Positions 5,646 through 12,656 of a DNA stretch of 20,685 nucleotides are shown in pieces. The notes under the pieces were generated by a model, which had not been told where the DNA came from, made no database searches, and worked only from the letters and a program-made list of their open reading frames with translations. Position numbers and translations under genes: made by a program. Position 1 is the stretch's first letter. Each line of letters starts with the position of its first letter. This stretch comes from Candidatus Micrarchaeota archaeon (GTDB lineage: Archaea; Micrarchaeota; Micrarchaeia; Anstonellales; Bilamarchaeaceae), in NCBI GenBank assembly GCA_032123335.1, contig JAQBFN010000045.1:1-20685 (forward strand), in the 5' to 3' direction.

Positions 5646-7787
5646 TTATTCAGTTTCTGTGGTATTCCCGGTTTCATTGCTTTCGGTTTCTGGGGCAGGA
5701 ACCTCTATTTCAACTCCTGTCTGCATGAATCCGGTGGCCATCTGGCACTCGCTGAAATATTCCTCATCTCCGGTAAATGTTCCCTTGTAAACAAACCCTG
5801 TCATGAATTGCGGGCTCGCATCAACAGTGCTGTAAGTGAACAGGATAATTGGCTCTTCAACGCTATTATAGCACTCCGCAAGTGTTGCCCCTGTTCCACC
5901 CACTATGCACTCGTTGTTGGTTTTCTCATAAATGATTACGTTCTTTCCGGTAAAGGAACCCGCAAGCTCTTGTGCGCACTCCATCATCTTGTCTGAAGCT
6001 GAGGTGTGCACACCCTCGGTCTCAACCATTATGGAAACCTGGGGGCTTGCAAACACGTAAGACTGGAAATCAGTAAAGCTTGCATCGGTAGATGAAGATT
6101 CAAGCACCAGGTATATCCCTCCGGAAATCATGCCTGCAAAGAGCACCGAGGCCCCAATCAGGAGAATCCCAAAGAAGATGACCAGCTTGTTCTTGAATAC
6201 GTTGGAGAATACTGCAAATGCAAACAGGAATAGGAATACTGCAAGTGAAGAAATCGAGAAGAATGCAAGCGAGGAAACCAGAAGCGGTGCATACTCAGAA
6301 ACCTCTTCCCTTTCTGTCCTGTCAAGAGGCGCCATTGTGGCTGCAAGATCCATCAGCCCTTCGTTGGTTTTTGTTCCTGCTCCCTTGAAAGTGTCAACAA
6401 CCTGCACAGCCTGCTGTGCGGAATGGAGAAGTGCATTTGCCTGCGCAGCAAGCTCATTGTATTTCTCAGTTATCTGGGCGTATTTCTCCTGTGAAAGCCC
6501 GTCCACGAAGCTCCTGTCCTGGGTGCGCTTCTCTGCTTTCATGGTGTTGAAATCTGCCTGCTGCTCTTCGGAAAGGTCCATGGTGTCAAGGGTAAAGAAT
6601 ACTGCATCCGCCCTTTCCTTTGCATCAACGGTTTGGTTGTACACTTCCCAGGATTCCCCAATGGAATCCTCAAGCACATTGAGCTTTGCGTCAAGTTCCC
6701 CAAGGTCGGCATCCATTGTGCCAAATTCAGAATCATTAATGTTCTGTTCAATTGTTTCAATTATCTGCCTTACCCTGTCTGAGTTTGAGATTACTGTGCT
6801 GTCGGAAACATGGTCAATGAGGTCTTCTGCATCAGCAAGGACTCCTTCTGCCCTGGTTTTTTCAGGCTCAAGTTGGGTGCCGTACTGCGCTTTCTGTTCG
6901 TTTATTTCCTTGAATTCGGTCCTTTGGATTGTAGAATCGTAAATTGACTGGGCAACGCCTTCATAATCCCCAATGTATTCAAGCTGGGGGAGCATCTCGT
7001 CCACGAGCTCTTCTGCATCAACAAGGTGCTCCTCATCAATGATGATTGGGGGGCACATCCCATAGCAGGTGTTGCACGAATCTCCCCCTGCGGTATAGGG
7101 GACCCTGAATGGGGTGTTCTCAAGCTTTTCCTCATATCCTTCCATAGCATTGATATTTTCCTTGAGTTCAAGGAACACATCATAGATGTTTTCTTCGGAA
7201 AGGTTTGCAAGGTCCTGCAGGGTTTTCTCCTCTATCTCTGTCATCATGTTTGAGGAGATTGCAAAATCCTGCACAACTGGCATGATCATTATGGGATCGC
7301 TGCACCCAAGGTAGTCCCCGTATTCATCACAGAGGACGGATGCGGTAAGGTAGCAGTCATTGTCCTTCGCTTCCTGGGCGTTGGTGGGGATGGTGTCGTT
7401 TGTGCAGGGGAACGCATGAAGGAAGATCCCCATCCTGCATTCTTCCTCCTCTATGTTCGCCCACATGTTCCCGTCCTCCCTGCTGTCATGGTACATTGTG
7501 AGGAGCTCAATGAGGTTGTCTATCTGCGACTGGCTGGGGTAATATTTCACCACATAATACTGGTATAACGCGGCCTCTATCTCTCCCTGGTTGTCCACAA
7601 GTTCCCCATTCTTGAGAAGGAAGGCTTCCTCCCCGTCAACATAGATTATTTCGTAACTGGTTCCAAGTGCAGAAAATGCTTCGGTTCCTGTCTGCTCTTC
7701 CCCAGTGTAGAGGTAGTCCTGGACCCCTGCGGAAAAGAGAAGACCTATCATAATCAATAGGCATAGGGACAAACTTATCGGTCGCAT
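5646..7787 (-). CDS. Hypothetical large acidic membrane protein: signal peptide, Cys-rich domain, helical/coiled-coil stalk, two TM helices, C-terminal 4-Cys domain
   Basis: ATG 7787 gives the signal-like MRPISLSLCLLIMIGLLFSA, with TATTTAAA 25 nt upstream (leaderless-type start). Two long hydrophobic segments flank SNVFKNK. Many sequons. Confidence 0.8.
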   Translation of the reverse strand: MRPISLSLCLLIMIGLLFSAGVQDYLYTGEEQTGTEAFSALGTSYEIIYVDGEEAFLLKNGELVDNQGEIEAALYQYYVVKYYPSQSQIDNLIELLTMYHDSREDGNMWANIEEEECRMGIFLHAFPCTNDTIPTNAQEAKDNDCYLTASVLCDEYGDYLGCSDPIMIMPVVQDFAISSNMMTEIEEKTLQDLANLSEENIYDVFLELKENINAMEGYEEKLENTPFRVPYTAGGDSCNTCYGMCPPIIIDEEHLVDAEELVDEMLPQLEYIGDYEGVAQSIYDSTIQRTEFKEINEQKAQYGTQLEPEKTRAEGVLADAEDLIDHVSDSTVISNSDRVRQIIETIEQNINDSEFGTMDADLGELDAKLNVLEDSIGESWEVYNQTVDAKERADAVFFTLDTMDLSEEQQADFNTMKAEKRTQDRSFVDGLSQEKYAQITEKYNELAAQANALLHSAQQAVQVVDTFKGAGTKTNEGLMDLAATMAPLDRTEREEVSEYAPLLVSSLAFFSISSLAVFLFLFAFAVFSNVFKNKLVIFFGILLIGASVLFAGMISGGIYLVLESSSTDASFTDFQSYVFASPQVSIMVETEGVHTSASDKMMECAQELAGSFTGKNVIIYEKTNNECIVGGTGATLAECYNSVEEPIILFTYSTVDASPQFMTGFVYKGTFTGDEEYFSECQMATGFMQTGVEIEVPAPETESNETGNTTETE

Positions 7788-7824
7788 AGACCTAATTTGA
7801 GGGAGAAGAGCTTTAAATAGTTTA

Positions 7825-8811
7825 CTATTTTTCCCTTCTGACCATATAATCTGCAAGGGAGAGCATTATTTCCCTTTTTTGCTCATCTTCTACAACAGTT
7901 AGGAATTCTTTGGCCTCAACCACCAACCTAGCCGAGATTGAGCTCGCGTAATCAATTGCCCCGTGCTCCTTTGCGAGGGAGATTATCTCCGAGACTTCTT
8001 CTTCGGTTTTTTCAGGCTTTTTGAGGGTTTCTGCCACCTTTTTCTTCTGTTCTGCAGGGAGCTTGCTGAGAAGGTTCAGGGTGATGAGGGAGCGCTTTCC
8101 CTCCTTTATGTCCTCCCCGATTTCTTTTTTGTATTTGGAAGGGTCTGCGATGAGGTTGAGCACGTCATCCCTTATTTGGAAGGCAAGCCCGATTTTCTCC
8201 CCGAATTCCTGCATTGCTTTCTGAATTTCTGGAGAAGCATCGACAGCATAGGCACCCATCCTGCAGGAAACCCCGATTAATGAGCCGGTTTTGCCCCCTG
8301 CCATCTGGAAATAGTCTTCTTCTGAAACATCAACCTTGCCTGCACGGTACCATTCAAGCTCAGTTCCCTGGCCGTTTACCACATCGGAGAAGGCCTTTAC
8401 CATGAGTTTCATTGCGCCGTGGAACTTTTCCGGGGAGATTTTTGCATTGAGAAGGGTGGACCACACCACTGTGTAGAGGGCGTCCCCGCTGTTGATTGCT
8501 ACGGGGATTCCGAATTGCTCGTGGAGAGTGGGTTGGCCCCTCCGTACTGGAGAATTGTCCTCAATATCGTCGTGGATAAGAGTGAAATTGTGGAAGATTT
8601 CAATTGCAAGCGCATATGGAAGGGCATCTTCATCGCTTCCGCCCAATGCATCTGCGGATGCAAGGGTGAGAATCGGGCGTATTCTTTTCCCTCCCCTGGA
8701 GATGTATTCCCTGAGCATCCCGTATATATATTCGGGCTCCTTGGGAACACCATCATAGATGGTTGATTCTATCTTTTCTGACTGTTTTGAGATATAATCG
8801 TCAATATTCAT
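7825..8811 (-). CDS. idsA: Polyprenyl (geranylgeranyl) diphosphate synthase
   Basis: GGKRIRP, HNFTLIHDDIED...RRG, GQ, KT, FQIRDDVL and GEDIKEGKRS motifs. Phe five residues before the first DDxxD indicates the archaeal short-chain type. GGGTGGA SD precedes ATG 8811. Confidence 0.93.
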   Translation of the reverse strand: MNIDDYISKQSEKIESTIYDGVPKEPEYIYGMLREYISRGGKRIRPILTLASADALGGSDEDALPYALAIEIFHNFTLIHDDIEDNSPVRRGQPTLHEQFGIPVAINSGDALYTVVWSTLLNAKISPEKFHGAMKLMVKAFSDVVNGQGTELEWYRAGKVDVSEEDYFQMAGGKTGSLIGVSCRMGAYAVDASPEIQKAMQEFGEKIGLAFQIRDDVLNLIADPSKYKKEIGEDIKEGKRSLITLNLLSKLPAEQKKKVAETLKKPEKTEEEVSEIISLAKEHGAIDYASSISARLVVEAKEFLTVVEDEQKREIMLSLADYMVRREK

Positions 8812-8844
8812 GGAAATTCCACCCAACATACATTAAACGCAAGA

Positions 8845-9153
8845 TTATTTATATTTCAGCCTTCGCTTGAATTCACACTTTTTGCATTTGTATTCAATTA
8901 CGCTGTTGCGCTGGTCAAAGAAAATTTCAACTGTCCTTCCGGGAATCCAGAAGGTGAAGCACTTCTTGCAGAAGGAAAGCTTCTGCTCCTTTGTAAGGCG
9001 CACCTTGTATTTTTGGACCAGCTTCCAGATAAGCTTGAGGTATCTTTCGGAGCGCTCAGGATGCTGCCTGAACGAGGAGCGGGCCTCCTTGAGGAGGTGC
9101 TCTATGCGCTCGCGCACAGTCTCCTTAATAACCTTTTTGGACCTCTTATCCAT
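8845..9153 (-). CDS. rnp4: Ribonuclease P protein component 4 (Rpp21/Rpr2 family)
   Basis: ERIEHL...RY...FCKKC...PG...CKKC...RR Zn-ribbon pattern, basic, 102 aa. This is the C-terminal part of track ORF 8845..9819. Alternative ATG at 9162. Confidence 0.88.
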   Translation of the reverse strand: MDKRSKKVIKETVRERIEHLLKEARSSFRQHPERSERYLKLIWKLVQKYKVRLTKEQKLSFCKKCFTFWIPGRTVEIFFDQRNSVIEYKCKKCEFKRRLKYK

Positions 9154-9192
9154 ATTCCGCATTAGGAAACAGAAAATAAATAAAGGGAGAAC

Positions 9193-10023
9193 ATGGAAGC
9201 TTTTGAAGAATTTTTCATAAACCCGATACTGGAGAAAACAGGGTATAATGCAGTGAATACCCTGGTTTATGCGGGGATTGCACTTATTGCAGTATATGCG
9301 CTTTTCCACATACTCAAAAAAAGCGGAATAAAAATAGATAATGGGTTCTTCTGGGGGGTTTTGAGCTTTGTGCTTTTTGGGTCTACTGCACGGGTAGTTA
9401 CGGATGCGGTGGATGCGGGTGTGTTTACAGGGGTTACTCCTCTGCACCAGTGGATTCTGGATGCAGGAATTTACGATTATGGGTTCCTTACCGTTACTCC
9501 GGGAATATACATTGTGGTGGCTTCCCTGCTGCTGGTTACGATGGCAGTTCTCAGTTACTTTAAGAGGATGGAGCTGCTCCCGTATGTGGGGCTTGCGCTG
9601 TTTGCATTCCACTTCTTTTTGCTTGTTCCGTTTATGCAGTACTGGGTGTTTGCGATTCCTGTGCTGGTGCTTGCGGCGATTCCTACGTACTTCATATGGA
9701 AAAGGTATGGGGCGATTGCTTCTGCTGTTGTGGCGGGGCATGCACTGGACGGTGCAGCCACATTCATAATCCTGGATGTGTTTTCCTCTGCAATAGGGAA
9801 GAATTATTTTGAGCAGCACGTGCTTTCCCGCGCGGTCGGGGAGCTTTTGAATACATATTTCCTGTTCTATTTGCTCAAGGTGGCAATTGCCTCTGCTGCA
9901 GTTTACCTGGTTGAGAAGGAAAAGATGAAAAGTGATGAGCGCATCTACTTCTACCTTGTTGTTGCAATTATCGGGCTGGCTCCGGGAATAAGGAGCGTTC
10001 TTAGGATGGTGTGCGGCACATGA
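9193..10023 (+). CDS. DUF63-family polytopic membrane protein
   Basis: GYNAVNTLVY, RV-x-x-D, TPGIY, HALDGAAT, YFEQHVL and GLAPGIR-x-x-LR motifs; multiple TM segments; GGGAGA SD. Confidence 0.8.
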   Translation: MEAFEEFFINPILEKTGYNAVNTLVYAGIALIAVYALFHILKKSGIKIDNGFFWGVLSFVLFGSTARVVTDAVDAGVFTGVTPLHQWILDAGIYDYGFLTVTPGIYIVVASLLLVTMAVLSYFKRMELLPYVGLALFAFHFFLLVPFMQYWVFAIPVLVLAAIPTYFIWKRYGAIASAVVAGHALDGAATFIILDVFSSAIGKNYFEQHVLSRAVGELLNTYFLFYLLKVAIASAAVYLVEKEKMKSDERIYFYLVVAIIGLAPGIRSVLRMVCGT

Positions 10024-10778
10024 TTTCGCTTGTGGGGCTTGGGGTTGGATACGACATAACTGAGCAAGGCATGGAAGAGCTTAAGGGGTGTGATTTTGCT
10101 TTTTGCGAGATTCACACCATGCCTGTTCCGCCTAAATACGTGGAAAAACTGGAAAAGGAAAGCGGAAAGAAAATTGAGATCATTGAAAGGGACAAGGTGG
10201 AGGGAAAGTATCCATATGTTCTGGAGAAAGCAAAGGAAGGAAAGGTTTGCCTTCTTTGCGGCGGGGACCCGCTTGCTGCAACCACACACATTTCACTTCT
10301 TATTGATGCGAAAAAGACAGGGATTGGGACGCAGGTGGTGCATAATTCCTCGATATTTTCTGCGGCTGCAGGAAAATCCGGGCTTCAACCCTACAGGTTC
10401 GGGAAAACAGTAACCGGGAGCTTCTGGAGGAAGAATTATGAGCCTACTTCCCCCATCCTGCTTATTGAGAAGAACCTGGAGGCAGGAATGCATACACTTG
10501 TTTTGATGGACCTGGACAGGGAGCTCGGGCTGATGGATGGGAAGCTTGGGCTTGAGCTGCTTGGGAAAATGGAGGAGAAAGAAGGGAAGAAAGTGCTTCC
10601 GGAAAAAGTTGTTGTGCTTTCCAGGGTGGGGCACCCGGATGAGAAGGTCTCCTACGGGAAGGTTTCTGAATTAATGGATGTGGATTTGGGCAAGCCCCCA
10701 GTCGTGATTATTGTGCCTGCGGAACTGCACGAGATGGAAAAGGAGTACCTGGAATTATTCTCCAAACTCAAAGGATAA
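10020..10778 (+). CDS. dph5: Diphthine synthase (diphthamide biosynthesis methyltransferase)
   Basis: LVGLG, GDPLAATTH, HNSSI, GLQPYRFGKTVT, N-x-x-x-GMHTLVLMD, LGKPP and LH-x-x-E-x-EYL. ATG 10020 overlaps the upstream stop (ATGA). Confidence 0.95.
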   Translation: MISLVGLGVGYDITEQGMEELKGCDFAFCEIHTMPVPPKYVEKLEKESGKKIEIIERDKVEGKYPYVLEKAKEGKVCLLCGGDPLAATTHISLLIDAKKTGIGTQVVHNSSIFSAAAGKSGLQPYRFGKTVTGSFWRKNYEPTSPILLIEKNLEAGMHTLVLMDLDRELGLMDGKLGLELLGKMEEKEGKKVLPEKVVVLSRVGHPDEKVSYGKVSELMDVDLGKPPVVIIVPAELHEMEKEYLELFSKLKG

Positions 10779-11282
10779 ATCGTTGAATATATACCTGGGC
10801 TTGGAATTCATTATGAATTCTTCTGCTTTTTCTCCGCTTAGAAGCTCGTTTTTATCTATGTCCACTGCGTACTGCTCGTTTAGCCACCTAAATTTCACTA
10901 ATGAATATTGGTTGCCGACTATGCAGTAGGCGGATTCCGTGCCTATTGCACGGAGGAGCGAAGTAACCAGGAGGGCCTTGTCTATTCTTGAGGCTGCCCC
11001 GAACTTTTCCATTTCTTCAAAAGAAAGGGAATACTGGATTGGAAGCTGGACAATCTCTATTCCTGAGGCATGGGAAACTATTTCCTGCACTGCATCAAGG
11101 AAGTTTTCTTCTTTTTTATAGGGGGCAAGGGACTTCAGGATTTTGGTTTTTAGCGAGGAAACATACTCTGAGTAGGGGGAAATTATCTGCCTGAGCCTGG
11201 AGAGGGAGCGTATCTCCTCTTTCTCAAGCTCGTCCTTGTGGCGCGCGAGTATGTATTCTGCAACTTCAAGAGCTTTGCCCAT
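10755..11282 (-). CDS. Hypothetical protein, degenerate transglutaminase-like
   Basis: EEMEKFGAASRIDKALLVTSLLRAIG resembles the transglutaminase-like E-x-L-x3-GDC-x-D-x-A-x-L-x-x-SLLRA-x-G helix without the Cys. ATATAAAA lies about 25 nt upstream of ATG 11282 (alternative start 11297). The 3' end overlaps dph5 by 24 nt. Confidence 0.65.
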   Translation of the reverse strand: MGKALEVAEYILARHKDELEKEEIRSLSRLRQIISPYSEYVSSLKTKILKSLAPYKKEENFLDAVQEIVSHASGIEIVQLPIQYSLSFEEMEKFGAASRIDKALLVTSLLRAIGTESAYCIVGNQYSLVKFRWLNEQYAVDIDKNELLSGEKAEEFIMNSKPRYIFNDLSFEFGE

Positions 11283-11352
11283 GGTGTAAAATTGCATAGG
11301 CGTTTTATATTCTTTTCCTTGGATAGTGTTCTTCGACCAGAATAGTGATAGT

Positions 11353-12642
11353 ATGGAATTCATTGCATATGGGGGAGCCAGGGAAGTTGGAAGAAGCGCC
11401 TTCCTCCTCTCCGAGAAAAAAAGGAAAATCCTGCTGGACTGCGGGATTAAGCTAGGGGAAAAGGTAGAATATCCACAGTTTCCCGAGGGATTTGAAAAGG
11501 AGATACGGGATGTTGCGGTAAGCCATGCGCACCTTGACCATTCCGGGCACCTTGCGAGCATTATTGCAAACGGCTCAAAACCGATTATTTACGGGATAAA
11601 AGCAACAAAGGATTTGGTTGGGATATTACTTGCGGACTACCAGCGCATAGGCAAGAACATTGATTTTACGGATAGGGATGTTTCCGAGGCTGTGCGCAGG
11701 TTCCATACATACCAGTTCAAGGAGGAATTCCGGGCTGGCGGGTACAAAGCGCGCCTGTTCAATGCAGGGCACATACTCGGGAGCGCAATGGTGCACCTGG
11801 AAGGGGAGAAAAAGGTTCTTTATTCCGGGGACATTTCTGCGCGCGGAACCAGGCTGCTGGATGGGTGTGAAAAGGAGCTTCGCGCGGATGCGCTTATCCT
11901 GGAGGGAACCTACGGGAATGAAGAGCTTCCCGGGACCAAGGAGTCTGTTACTAAATTGATTTCAGAAATAAAAGAAACGATAAAGGAAGGCGGGCATGTG
12001 CTTATTCCTTCCTTTGCTGTGGGGAGGGGGCAGGAAATACTTATGCTGCTGGAAAGCTACATGAAATCCGGCGCATTGCCTGAAGTGAAAATCTACATGG
12101 ACGGGATGATAAAAAAGGCAATGAAGATTTACAGGCAGAATGTAGTTTATACGAAAGATGAAGTGCAAAAGAGGATACTTTTGAGCGCTGATGACCCGTT
12201 TACAAGCAAGCATTTCTTTGTTCCCAGGAGAAGGGACAGGAAGGATGTGCTTGAGGAACCATGCATAATCGTGAGCACCTCCGGGATGCTTTCCGGTGGG
12301 CCGATTCTTACTTATCTGAAAGAGCTTGCCTGGAACCCAAAAAATAAGATTATCTTTGTGGGGTACCAGGCTGAGGGGACGCGCGGCCGCAAGATTGTGG
12401 ATGGGGAAAAGAAAGTAGAGATTGATGGGGATGAGGTGGAGCTCAAGCTCAAGGTTGCCCAACTCAGGATTTCCGGGCATGCGGGGAAAAGCGAGCTGAT
12501 TCAGTTTGCGCAGGGCATAAAGGGCCTGAAGAAGATACTGCTTGTGCATGGGGAAGAGAAATCTTTAGAGGAGCTTGCGGAAACGCTTGAGAAAAAGTAC
12601 GAAGTGGTTATCCCTAAGGCGCTTGAAGAAATAAGAATATAG
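11353..12642 (+). CDS. Beta-CASP metallo-beta-lactamase ribonuclease (CPSF-like, no KH domains)
   Basis: GGAREVGRS, LDCG, SHAHLDHSG, AGHILGS, SGD, EGTYG, GRGQE, SGML-x-GG, GYQAEGT-x-GR, SGHA and VHGE motifs. Start taken at ATG 11353. Confidence 0.93.
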   Translation: MEFIAYGGAREVGRSAFLLSEKKRKILLDCGIKLGEKVEYPQFPEGFEKEIRDVAVSHAHLDHSGHLASIIANGSKPIIYGIKATKDLVGILLADYQRIGKNIDFTDRDVSEAVRRFHTYQFKEEFRAGGYKARLFNAGHILGSAMVHLEGEKKVLYSGDISARGTRLLDGCEKELRADALILEGTYGNEELPGTKESVTKLISEIKETIKEGGHVLIPSFAVGRGQEILMLLESYMKSGALPEVKIYMDGMIKKAMKIYRQNVVYTKDEVQKRILLSADDPFTSKHFFVPRRRDRKDVLEEPCIIVSTSGMLSGGPILTYLKELAWNPKNKIIFVGYQAEGTRGRKIVDGEKKVEIDGDEVELKLKVAQLRISGHAGKSELIQFAQGIKGLKKILLVHGEEKSLEELAETLEKKYEVVIPKALEEIRI

Positions 12643-12653
12643 AAAAGAAAAAA
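12643..12653 (-). terminator. Oligo-T terminator of the minus-strand operon
   Basis: Minus strand TTTTTTCTTTT three nt after the TAG at 12657, in a 14-nt convergent gap. Confidence 0.5.
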
Positions 12654-12656
12654 GGA

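Noticed and set aside
6130..6942. 270-aa plus-strand ORF
   Set aside because: Ser-rich antisense shadow of the acidic helical gene.
7050..7080. CNTC as a heme c or ferredoxin motif
   Set aside because: No His after CxxC, and the spacing (CxxCxxxCP, three Cys) in a predicted extracellular region is better explained by disulfides.
9154..9819. N-terminal extension of Rpp21 (324-aa track ORF)
   Set aside because: Antisense to the well-supported DUF63 gene; Rpp21 homology covers only the last ~102 aa.
11298..11561. N-terminal extension of ORF 10755..11561
   Set aside because: Overlaps the beta-CASP gene in antisense and spans the TATA-containing gap.
11353..12642. Beta-CASP protein as aCPSF1/FttA or a defence nuclease
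   Set aside because: It lacks the N-terminal KH domains of aCPSF1 and sits in a housekeeping context with no defence partners.
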